A stretch of DNA of 64,000 nucleotides from Orbicella franksi (taxonomy: Eukaryota): contig OZ116701.1 in assembly GCA_964199315.1 (NCBI GenBank), positions 8,370,001 to 8,434,000 of the forward strand. The letters are read 5' to 3'. The notes beneath the pieces are model-generated. The model was not told the origin of the DNA. It did not search any database and saw only the letters and a program-made list of their open reading frames with translations. Both the position numbers and the translations under genes were made by a program. Position 1 is the stretch's first letter. Every line of letters starts with the position of its first letter. Positions 1 to 11,841 of the stretch are shown one piece after another.

Positions 1-232
1 CAATGTGTTAAAGGACTATTGTTACGCATAAAACTGAAAATAGAACATGAAACTCAGTCAGCCATTTATTAAATTTCATACTCAGTTTTTTATTTATGTA
101 TTTATTTATTTATTTATTTTCGGGCGAATAGCTCTCTAGCTACATTTTTGTCCCATTTGAAAAACATTGCCAGTGTACTATGATTCCGAAGGATACAATA
201 TTATGACTACCCTTTTCTAATTGATTTTGCAG

Positions 233-3200
233 ACACCATTTCAGCGACAATCCAGAATATTTCCAAGGAAATAAACAATCCAACCATAGTCGATCGCTCG
301 GTTAAATACGAAAAAGTGGCTATAGTCAAGAGCCCTCCTGACGACCTTATCGTCTTGGACACAAAGTTTGAATGGCGTGTAAAACACGCGGAAGACTTTG
401 ATGGAGACGAAACCGTAGTGGCACAAGGAACAACTTGGTGGAATATTAACAGACGATCGATTCCCGCTGGTCTTTACCTAGTCTATTTCAATGCTTCCTA
501 CGAAGTGGAGACAAGTGGAAGCTCTGACACTGAAGTACTGGAGGCATCTGACTATGGTTTTATTAAGGTCATCAAAGCTCCATTGTTTGCTGTTATTTAT
601 GGTGGCACTACTGTTCGCTGGGGTTCGCAAGTTAGGGCCTCTGTCAACGGCTCGTTCAGCTACGATGGCGATATAGGTCCTGGAAGTAATAGTGGACTTC
701 AGTTCAGTTGGTCTTGCCGTCGATCCGATGTAACAGACCTTTCAAGCGACTGTTACAGTTCTTTCACTGATGGAGCTAATAGTGCCGTGGTTACAATTAA
801 CGCCGCTAGACTTCAAGTTAAAGTGACATACGTGTTGAGATTAACTGTCTCTGCTGATGATAGGAGCTCTTTTACACAGATGAATATTGAGGTTGAAAGC
901 GGAGATTTACCTCTCGTGTTTCTTAGGTAAGTTTGGACTTACATCCTTACAGAGAGCAACTGCGTCCGCAGTATGAGTGGCAATCAAAAGCCTACTGTCC
1001 TCCGACAAAAAAAAGTAAGGAAAAAGTAACAAACGTCTTTCTGGTCTTAGATTAAATAAAATAAAAACAAAAGTAAAATTAGAATAAAGCAATGCTTACA
1101 ATGTTTTTGATTCTTCAAATACTCAACTGAAAGCTTTTAATTTAACACGGGAGACAAAAACACGCCAAGTTATTAATTTGTTTCAATCTGTTATACATGT
1201 AGCTTGAGTTATTTTAACTCTCGAACGTACAATGTAAGGGTGGGGGTGAATGGATGTTTTATTCTAAGATGATTGGCTCTAGGCCAAGGAAAATAAAGAA
1301 AGAATGAATGAATTGAATAATAATACAAATTTACAGATATATCGAGTGCGTAGACTCGAAGGATAACGATAAATGATATTTTTTGATAATTGTATCATCA
1401 GTTACCCTCCAAATTCAGTTACCGTTGTTTTATTTCAGGTGCCTTGTAGATTGTGGCCCAATAGTATCTTCTTCTTACACGTTGCGAGTATCCTCGCATT
1501 GTCTCAACTCTCCCTGCGAAGGCGCAAAGTATGTTTGGAGCTTGGAAACATTAAATGACAACATATGGGAAAATGTTCCCAACTTGGCTAACATGACAGC
1601 AACAACAGCAAACACGTTAAGTATGGTTATTAAACCGAATTATCTCCAATCTGACACAAAATATCGCTTACGACTCCAGGTCACATCTTCGCTTAGAACT
1701 GAAGGTCTCTCTGTGCTCGAGTTTAAGACCGCTGACGCGCCGTATGGGGGGCACTGTGAGTCATCTGTCTCTGAAAGGGTGTCTCTAGAGACCGAATTTA
1801 CTTTCGACTGCATTGGATGGCAAGATGAAACTGGACCGCTAACCTACGAGTTTCGTCTGAATAACCAACAAATATCATATGGTGTGTCAAGTAAGTCCGC
1901 ATCAACAGTATTACCTGAAGGAATACCCGAAGATGATTACAAGATTTCAGTCAACATAGTTGTAAAGAATGCTCTCGATGTGTCCGTGGTACAGACATTG
2001 TCAGTGAAGGTAGGAAATAAGGCGTGCCTGCGCAAGTGAATGCTAAATGTGTATCACCAACGCCCCATTATTCTTGGCCCCATTGGAAAAGTTTGAAGCA
2101 CTTTGAGTCTGTATTCTTCATTAAACGACGAACCTCGGATCTGCTGAGCTAGGAATATCCATGTTTCTGCAAATTATATTAACTTCGTATGGCTGAAAAC
2201 CTCCCGCACCGAGGTGACTAAGGTTCCTCTCGGTAAAATAACCTAACGTTTGTTCAGTGAGCGCCATGCGTCGCCGATTATGTTTTACACTTCAGCTTTA
2301 AGATAGACATGGCAATACTACCAGCTAACTAACCACAATACGAGAAAGAAAACTATTTCGAGCATTGACCACATGTGCCAAAAGGTGGAGTAATTCTCAT
2401 TTGAGGGATCGGAAATTTGTCCACAAGTACTTTCAGGTTCTCATAGTCGCTTTGCACAGCACTATGTTAAAAAAAAAGCAACAACAACAACAACAACAAC
2501 CCTTATAAGGGGTATGACCGTATTTACAGAGTCGCATGCATGAAAAGCGCTTTAAATTCAATCAAAGAAGGTGCTTATGTACTCTTTTCCATGTTTAAAG
2601 GTTAGACCAGCTCAGCCGGATTCTTGCAAAGCGACAGAAGACGACAGTGCAGACAGCCTAGTACTGGGAAATTACAGCATTTTGAGTGGTTATTTGAGGA
2701 AGCTTAACTTCAGCCGCGCATCACCACTGGCTTTATCAGTCCTTAAGGCTACCCGAGAGGAGACCACTTGTGGTGAAATGTTGAGCGTGCGATCAAAAAC
2801 CAAGGCAAGACGCCTTTAGTGAGGGTCCCCAATAAGGTTCTTCAATCCCGCCATCCCAACCAGAATTTTCCCTCCATCCTGTAATCCCTACGGATTCTAT
2901 CGGCTCGTCCCGATCTCGATTAGTTTTCCTTAGAGATCCCTTACCTCGTCGGAAGAGTCTCTCATAGCAAACCCACTAAGTGGATTTCCGACATGCACTA
3001 AGATGACAGCTTGATTTTCTTTGTTCATTTTCTTCTCCGGACCCCCAGTGTCGAATGTCACTTATTGCAAGTCACATTTCTCCATTCCCGCTTTGTAAAA
3101 TTGCGAAATCTCACAATGTCAGTCCCAAATAGCGTCTCCTTCAAAATCCCGAATTGCGACCTTCAATGCCGAATCCCGAAAAACGTATAGAGGATCCTCT

Positions 3201-6200
3201 TTCGTGTATGTGAAAATCTATTAATTATTGCAGCGGTACACATGTACAGACATAAAGATTTAATAAAATAGACCATGAAGGAGCGAGAGAGAGGCAAAGT
3301 TGGGGAGCTATGATAAGATTTAAGAGATCTCAGTCTTTGTTTAAACACGATGAAATTCCATTTAGATTTACAATGTTGAAACACTCTGACTAACTAGCTA
3401 ACGAACAAACGGTTACCACTATAATTATTATAAAATAAAATATAATAAAAGAAATGATTAAAATACAAAGAACCTGCTTTTCAAGATCCCTTGTGAATTT
3501 GATTAAAAACTGTTGCGGCAAAACTGTGTGTTCAGTTTTGTTTTGAAATCTTTAATTAAGGATGGTAAGAAAGTTCTTAATAGAAGAAACAGAAAAGAAA
3601 TACAAATAGCAATGGAAAAGAAAAAAAAGAGTGCCATGTTTGACTATGGGACAATTAGCAAAGAGTAGCGACGGTGAACATAAAACGCGGAAATTAAAGT
3701 GAGAAGTTCAACTACTGCCGCCTTGAATTAGTTGACCAAATTAAATGTAACAAATTGTTTCAGGGTTTGGACTTGTTTAACCGACTTTTGAAATTTCAGG
3801 TTGTTACTAAAATAATTGAGATGTTCACAGCCATAATTCCAGTAAACGTTCCCATGTCAAGGTCGCTCATGTCTGTAGTTTCCGAGGCAATTGAAGAAAA
3901 GGATGTAATATGTAACAGCTGCAATTCTTTGGTAAGCGAATACTTTAAGGAAAAATAAACACACAATATTTCTAGTGTATTTAGTGCGAAAGCCTTAGAA
4001 AATAACCAAGTATCGGTTACAAATAGGAGCTTGAATGGGCACACAAACAAAAAAAATAAATAAATAAAGTACAGTTAAAGATTCAAATGAAATAAGCTTG
4101 AAATTAAAATAAAGGAAAAGAAGGACCTCGTTGCTAATTGTATTTTTTCTTAGAAACTATTGTGTTTTTAAATCCTTACGTGTGTTTCATGAAATTGCGC
4201 TTGTTGTCTCTCCCTTGTTACCTTCATCTTCGTTGTGTTATCACATTTCTTTGGGCTGACTCTTCTTCATTTGTTAACACTTATTACTTCACAAGCGTTT
4301 ACAGTATCCACTCTTTGTATCGCTAGATTCCAGTAAATATTATACATGTCTCTAATTAATAACAAAAGACTGCGTTTCTAGTTGAAAACTATTTAACAAA
4401 ATTTATTCTTTCATTTTGTTTAAGAATCAGACACTACAACTGACCGAGAGAGTCTTGGCTCTTCTTGTTGCTGCACTCGCAGATTTGGAGAAGCCGTTTA
4501 GTAAAGACATGCAAGAAACGGCCGAAAGCGTCTCACGATGTCTTGTGAACATCATGGAGGCGACATCGATTGGTAGTGGTGGAGAGAACAAATCGGATGA
4601 TAGTAACTCTATTTTCAAAGTACGACAACAGTAGAGAATCTGACTTCCCAAAGACACTCTCTAGCGACTGACTGACCGACTGACTGAAAAGGTTGTAAGA
4701 ACAATACGAAAATCAATCATTCGCAACTTCAACCTAATTGAGAACAATAAGGAAACGCGAATTTGCTGTTGTCGACTATTAGCTTAGGAAAATACAAGTT
4801 TCATTGAACAATTAGCGAGTGCGAAAATTCTATTCAGCTGGTTTCGTATAGACATAGTTAATTATGGCATAGAGTAACTCGGAGTATTTATTTTTTCTCA
4901 ATCTAGGAAACCGTCCAGAAGGCAATGCAACAGTTGGATTCACTCATTCATGCTTTTTCCAAACGGCTCTTACCATACGAGAGATTAATTATGAATGCAC
5001 CTAGTTTAAAAATGATTATGCGAAGTGTCAACGTTAATGAACTTCCAGGGCTCAACATGGTGGAAAGTGGTGCACGGTTCAAATTACCAGACAATTTTGA
5101 AATGCCCGGTCTAACTGGAAACATCGTGGCAAAGGTAATTTTATTTCCTTGCCATTTAAAGCTCTTTGCTTATCTTTCCNNNNNNNNNNNNNNNNNNNNN
5201 NNNNNNNNNNNNNNNNNNNNNNNNNNNNNNNNNNNNNNNNNNNNNNNNNNNNNNNNNNNNNNNNNNNNNNNNNNNNNNNNNNNNNNNNNNNNNNNNNNNN
5301 NNNNNNNNNNNNNNNNNNNNNNNNNNNNNNNNNNNNNNNNNNNNNNNNNNNNNNNNNNNNNNNNNNNNNNNNNNNTAGAGGAATTAGGTTATTTTCGTAC
5401 TCAGTTATTTTCAAAATAAATGCAACGTTGCCACAAACGTATAAAATACGCAAAAGGATACCTTCCTTTTTTTTCTCCCGCTTCTTAGCGGTCCGGAATT
5501 CTAAATCCTTACATGCGATTGGCTAATCGCGCGCGCTCCAGCGGTCCGGATTTTCCCATCTGGACCCCGAGTATGGACCGCCCGAAATCTCCAACTTTGG
5601 AAACTTTTCAAGCTTGTTGTTACACGGTAAAACAACATAACATGTAAACATTCAATACAGAGTCAGACAATCATGGATTCTGAGCACACATTATCGCTTT
5701 TAGTGCACGAAATGTCAAACGCACGGGCGCGTACGCCAGATTTGAACTGAAGGGCGTTAACTGGATCATTTTCTTTATAGATGATGATCTTTGAAGTCAA
5801 TCCATATGCCTATGACCCCAGTAGTGAGTTAATAGAATCAAGTGTGTGTAGTTTTGAACTGAAACTTGAGGGTAAAGAGACGCTGAACGTGACTAATCTC
5901 ACTGAAGACATTGTTATCACAATTCCAATAATTTCAAACAGCTCCGACCAAAATACAAGCAGTGGTACATTTCTTCAACCCCACAAGATGACGATACGAT
6001 CGTTTTACGCGGAGAAGGTGGGAGTCCCAGTTACTCTTACAATAGAAGAACAGAGGGACACTGCTGTAATTGAAGTGTTTGTTAGATTTGGATCTAAACC
6101 ATCGCCGAGGGAATTTGATAGAAATTACACGATATTTCTCGACCCGTCATGTACAGACAGTTTAGAAAGCAAACGCAACGACGATGACTGTCAGCCTGAA

Positions 6201-9200
6201 GTATTCAACGTCACAATATTCCCAACAGAGCCAATATTGATCTACTTTGGTCTCCTGTATCTGGGAGAAGAGAACTATGTTGATCACGATAGGAGAAAGA
6301 GATCTTGTTTGAGCGGCAGCAGAGAAAAGCGTTCGTGTGTCGGTTTTAAGGATCCACCACCCAAAGGTTATAACAAAACCGTCGTTCCCCAGTATGATTC
6401 CAAGACAGATATTAATTATAACATGGCAATTAGTCAATCAAATTGCTTGTATTGGTCTGTCAATCAAGAACGATGGACCTCTGACGGATGCAAGGTAATA
6501 AAACTAGTAAAGTAAGAACACAAACCCATAGCCTTCAACGCAAATGGTCGTAGGGGTAGAGAGAGCGCAGGAGGCTAACGAAGCCAGTAATCCATGTGCT
6601 ACAACCTAAGGGATATCGTTTCCACCATTGCTGAGTAATTTGTGCTTTATGTCACTTACATGAACAATAGTTATTGATAGTATATGTATTTCTTCGGTCT
6701 AAATTTAGTTACTGAGAATTACGAAACCCTACATTACTTAAGGTAATCAACTAAGATATCAAATAATAACATATGGTATTTGAATTTGATACATGGTATT
6801 CCTATTTTTTCCTCAAATCTGCTTATAGGTAGGGCGTAGTTCAAATGGTGGCTCTCTTTATTGCCTTTGTAATCACTTAACGAAGTTTGGTGGAAGCTTA
6901 ATCCAAGCGCCTAATCCTATCGACTTCGAGAAGGTTTTTGTGGAGTTCACAAGACTTAGCGAGACTGGCAACGTGGCGGTTTTAGCTACAATAATTTGCG
7001 TATTCGTATTATATTTTGTCACAATCGTTTTCGCTAGGAGGGCAGATAACCGAGATCAAAATAGGGTAAGTACTTTGGGTTAAACATTTATACGAGATAG
7101 CACCGGTGAAACAGCCTGCATAGCTGGCAGTTCGATTTGCGTTCGATTACTTTGCCCCAGCGGCGGAGCCTCTAACGAAAGCTGCGAAACAGTGAGAAGA
7201 TTGGTGAGTTGTCATGAGATGCCAATATGTTGGGAGTCATGGTCATTAACAGTTCTGTTGGTTACCCACTAAGCAGCACCATGTCAAAGAAATGACCTTT
7301 CGTTTACTCCATGAAGTGTTTTTTTTATTTTCATGCATAGCTCTTCTAATTTCATTCTTGAGTAAGACATAACACTTCCTCTAGTTTAGTCGTACCCTTT
7401 CTCAAGCTGGAAAAATATTTCTTTTCGCTCTCATTGCAGGTGGTGCAACCAAGAGAAATAGTTATTGCGGAAGAGGGAAACTATCTTTACGAACTGGTTA
7501 TTAGCACTGGAGTTTGGCAAAGTTCAGGAACTACAGCCAATGTAACACTTTCAATAAAAGGAGAGGATGAAGAAACCGAACCATTTCTACTGAGTGGTAA
7601 TGACAGCTCAGGCGTACTGTTTGCAAGGGGAAGTATTCACGGATTTACTCTTATCGCCGACAAGCCCTTTGGGTCCCTAACAGAGCTAACTTTTACGCAT
7701 GACAACTCAGGCGAACATCCCTCCTGGTTTTTGGAAGAAGCCATAATTAAGGACGGACAGACTGAGGAAAAATGGAGATTTCCAGCGAATAGATGGCTTG
7801 CGGTCGATAAAGAAGACGGACAATTGGAAGTCTCTTTGTTGTGTGAAAATAAGGCGAATCCTGCGACTTTTGTAGATCACGTAAGGTCACTTGCCCCCCG
7901 TAAGCTCACAGATAGCCATTTATGGTTTTCCGTGATTAGTAAACGGTCTAGTAGTACTTTTACACGTGTGCAAAGAGCTTCATGTTGTATTTCGTTGCTG
8001 TTCAGTGCCATGATTGCTAATGCAATGTTCTATAACACTAGTGGAGAATCCGACGGAACTATTCATATCGGGCCATTTAAGTTTTCTTGGAGACAAATTG
8101 TCATTGGAGTACAGAGTGGTCTGATAGTTGCACCAGTTAATATTTTAATTGTGCTTCTTTTTCGCTCAAGCAAACCACGGAAAAGAAAAGAAAAATACGA
8201 ACCACATGAGGAAATTGAGCACCTTGTAGAGGAACAACGTCGTGAGACAAATTGTGTATTACCTTATTTCTTCATTTATATCGGATGGTTCTTGTGCATT
8301 GCGACAACTTTATTGGCTGCAGCATTCACTTTATTTTACAGTCTAATGTGGGGCAAAGAACTATCTGAACAGTGGCTGGCTTCCATTTTGACCTCTCTCG
8401 TTCAAGACATTTTTTTCCTACAGCCCGTAAAGGTTATGCAGGCAGTTATTGCCATTTCCTTTGCACTGATCATGAGAAAGGGAAAGAATAATACGTCTTC
8501 GAAAGAGAAGGGATCCTGTGATACATTCGACGACATCAGCATCTTACATGACGATGATCCATTGAAACTCCGCAGGCAATACGAGCTGCAGAAAATACGT
8601 GATCATAAGAGGAAAGAAAATAAATTGACTGGAATGGTGAGAGACGTTGTTCTGCATCTGTTATTTATGTTTCTCATGGCTATCGTTTGCTATGGCAACA
8701 AAAACATCCACCGATTCCTCATGACGAGTACCATGCGCCAACCATTTGGGAAATTTGATTCGGTAAGTATTTCTGATAAATCCTGGCCGTTTTTTTGTCA
8801 TAAAAGGTGAAGTCAGCAACAGCAATTAAATGTTAGAGATTACATAAAAGGAAAACTTACTTCAATTCTGACTGATTAAAACTTGGTCCGATTGTTGTTA
8901 ATTCCGTTAGTCGTGAGCAAACCTACGTCAAAATAGTTTTAAAGATCGCTCGGAAACCCTCGAAGACTCCAAAATTGACCTTATGTCATCCGATGATTTG
9001 CGATAGATTCAACTACGAATATTCGTTCAGAGGCTCGAGTAATTGCGCACATTCTGAGAATATCGATCGCCGGCTATCGCAATTAATCTATATTAGATTT
9101 CTTTGGACCCCCTGATGTGATAAGTATAGCACTGAACATCAAAATTGACTTAGAATGGCTCGTAGCGATGATTAAAAAGTCATTTAAAGGGGCAACCGGG

Positions 9201-11342
9201 GTTCAATTTTACTAAGGCATAACTTAATTCGCTAGAAAAACACCAATAATGACAAAACAGAATTTAAAAAAAATAAACAAACAAACAAAACGAGGGGAAA
9301 ACGAGCAAACGAAAGTAAGCACATGCCATTATGTGACCTAAAATAAGCGTACTTCTTGCATTAAGTAAAAGAAGGTTCTATCGTTTTAAATTCAGGTCAC
9401 CCACCCACACAGACTGTGGGGTTGGATGAAGCAAATATTTGTTCCCAACGTCTATGCAGGATTCTGGTACAACGGCGAAAAAGAAATCCGGGAAGTATAT
9501 TTTGAGAACAAGATGTCCATATTGGTTAGTGTGCCACGAATGAGACAAGTCAGAATTACAACAAGTAAGTAGCAATTTTCCCTTTGTGTCCTATGAAAGC
9601 TCTTGGTCCCTACAGTCGATTGGTCGTTACTGCGAGGAAGTTACTAAGGGAACGCTCACGATCTCATCGATGAAAAAATATATTAACCGGGCGCCGCCGT
9701 TGACTTATATACATGTCACATTAAAGCTATACACGTAAAATTCTCTATGATTGATTAGCTTTCTATGCAATTCGGGATAGAGTTGATCCTATTTTAATCA
9801 TGTAGAAGTATACAGTTATAGCAGCAGTGTTTTAGAGAGATCTTATTTTTCTACAGTAGGCTTATTCCACGGACTATAAACACATCTTTCTCTCTCTACT
9901 TAGGTTCCTGTGGTAGGCTCAGCCCCATTATTGCAAATTGTCATTATGACTACACTCCAAAAATCGAGGACAGAACCATGTTCAGCTTGCCTGGCTGGAT
10001 GCCACTGTCACGGAACACTTCATTTCCTGAAGCTCTTGCTGTTTGCCCAGAACCTTGGCGATACCAAACCCCGCAAGAAATCAAGAGTGGTGCAGTTCGC
10101 GGTAAATACAAACTTTACGAGGGTGGAGGATATATAGCCATTCTAGGGTACGACAAGGAAACAGCAGATCGCGTTGTTAGTGAGGCCTCTGCGAATAGAT
10201 GGGTTGATCAACAGACAAGGGCTATTATGGTAGAACTCACTGTATTTAACGCCAACACGAATTTGGTCAGCATCGCTACTTACTTTTATGAGGTACTCGC
10301 AACTGGAGCAGCCTTTACATCAGTTCGGGTTGACACACTTGAATTGTACAGCACACAGTCGGGAACTCAAGACTTTTATCTCATTTGCCAATTTCTATTC
10401 ATAGTTATGGTGCTTTTCTATTTCGTTATGATTGTAATCAATCTCTGCCGACAGAAACTTAGCTTTTTCACGTCCCCGTGGAACATTGTTCAGGTTTTGC
10501 AAGTTGCTTCATCTGCATCTTCCGTTGCTTTCTACATAGTACGAGCAAAATGTGTCTTGCAGAGCATCAAGGATATTCACAGGAATCCCTATGGCTTAAT
10601 TAGCTTCCAAACATCACTTTCTTGGGCAAACTATGAAAACATTTTGATCTCCTTTGCCATATTCTTGGCGACCGTGAAGCTTTTACATGTTATTCGTTTC
10701 AACCTCTCAGTGGTATATTTATTTTCGTCCTTCAGACAGTCTATCAGCTACCAGATATCATTCTTTTTCTTTTTTCTGCTCATCCTCAACGCGTTCGCCA
10801 TATGCGGAGTAATGCTGTTTGGACGAACACTTCAATTATACTCCAGCTATACAAGTGCTTTCACTGGTCAAATTGAATTTTTGCTTGGGAAAGCTTTCCC
10901 GCTAGAGGAGATTCGAGTTGAAAATCGAATCATTGGTCCAGCATTTGCTGTCCTTTATACGCTGACAGTGCTAATTTTACTTGTCAATATGATAGTGTCT
11001 ATGCTCAACGAATCTTACACTCAAGCCAAAACCAACGTCGAAGATAGTGCGGAGGATCTTGAAATGGCTCATTTTATTGGGGAACGTTTCTCAGGAATAT
11101 TTGGTAGGGAGAAAAGAGGAACTGATTTAAAGAAGTTGTTTTGCGACGAAGCCGTGGTGGTCAACATGTGTCACTCGGATGCTGAGCCATTTTGTTTGAA
11201 CTCTGATGTGATCCTCCAATGCACGGACGAGCGCTCAGAGAGAGTGGATAAACAGCTCGCAATGCTTCTCAAGCTGACACGCAGTCAGGAGAAAGATAGT
11301 ATAGAAGAAGATGTTGAACTGTTAAAGCTAATAGTACAATAA
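233..11342 (+). CDS. Gene A: polycystin-1-like (PKD1-family) receptor/channel subunit, 5'-partial (REJ-GAIN/GPS-TM1-PLAT-TM2-6-TOP-channel-coiled coil)
   Basis: Exons deduced from AG/GT signals and paralog alignment: 233-926, 1439-2009, 2601-2804 (GC donor), 3800-3931, 4425-4619, 4907-5134, 5781-6494, 6829-7065, 7440-8762, 9396-9564, 9904-11342. Sum is 5906 nt, plus 1 nt from an upstream phase-1 exon, which is in frame to the TAA at 11340-11342. Motifs: GPS WTSDGCK|VG...CLCNHL/TKFGG, PLAT WFLEE...[29 protein letters not shown]...WVDQQTRA, S6 LLVNMIVSMLNESY. Orthology to a specific vertebrate PKD1L gene is not resolvable by eye. Confidence 0.93.
2821..3199. mobile_element. MITE-like element with imperfect terminal inverted repeats in gene A intron 3
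   Basis: Starts GAGGGTCCCCAATA; the reverse complement of the end is GAGGATCCTCTATA (11/14 match). Internal ATCCCG repeats. No clear TSD. Confidence 0.5.
5180..5375. other. Assembly gap (196 N) inside a gene A intron
   Basis: Run of N. The flanking exons 4907-5134 and 5781-6494 correspond to adjacent exons in B and C, so no conserved exon appears to be missing. Confidence 0.95.
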
Positions 11343-11662
11343 CTACACTGTAGACCCCAACAACAATCTTCATTTTTGTCCGTCAACTTACATTGTTACA
11401 ATTGGCCTCCCTCGCGGATAGCTAGTGCCAGTCTAGGCGGGCCAGAAAGAGTTAGAAAACTAATTATGCGAGTTTATACGAAACAAAAAAAGATAAAGGG
11501 TAAGAAAATTAAACCTCCATATAGGCCTTATACCCAAGGTAGCCACTCCCAAGTTTTTTTTTACTATGATTATTATTTTATTTCATTTTTTCAATTAAGA
11601 GCTATTTATACCACTAAACGATACTTACAATACCACACGTACAATACTTACTTACACTGTGA

Positions 11663-11841
11663 CAGGGGCGGATCCAGGATTTTTCTTAGGAGGGGGTGCA
11701 CCACTAAGGAATGGCGTAACTGACTGTTGAGCCAGAGGTCACGGTAAACATTTTTAAAAGCGAATACGAAGAAGAAGGCTTCATCTCGAGTAGGAGAGGG
11801 GAATGCACATCCCCTGCACCCTCCCTCTAAAAATGCCTCTG
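11663..11841. mobile_element. Short non-autonomous DNA-transposon-like insertion (CAGGGGCGGATCCAGG start) downstream of gene A
   Basis: GC-rich island beginning CAGGGGCGGATCCAGG and ending ...CCCTCCCTCTAAAAATGCCTCTG, a degenerate inverse of the start. The start resembles the element at 61100. Confidence 0.45.

Noticed and set aside
2571-2819. Premature stop (TAG 2817-2819) suggesting gene A is a pseudogene
   Set aside because: A GC donor at 2805 falls at the exact paralogous exon boundary and restores frame through the rest of the gene.
4925-5526. ORFs running through poly-X
   Set aside because: Artefacts of the 196-N gap; only 4907-5134 is a real exon.
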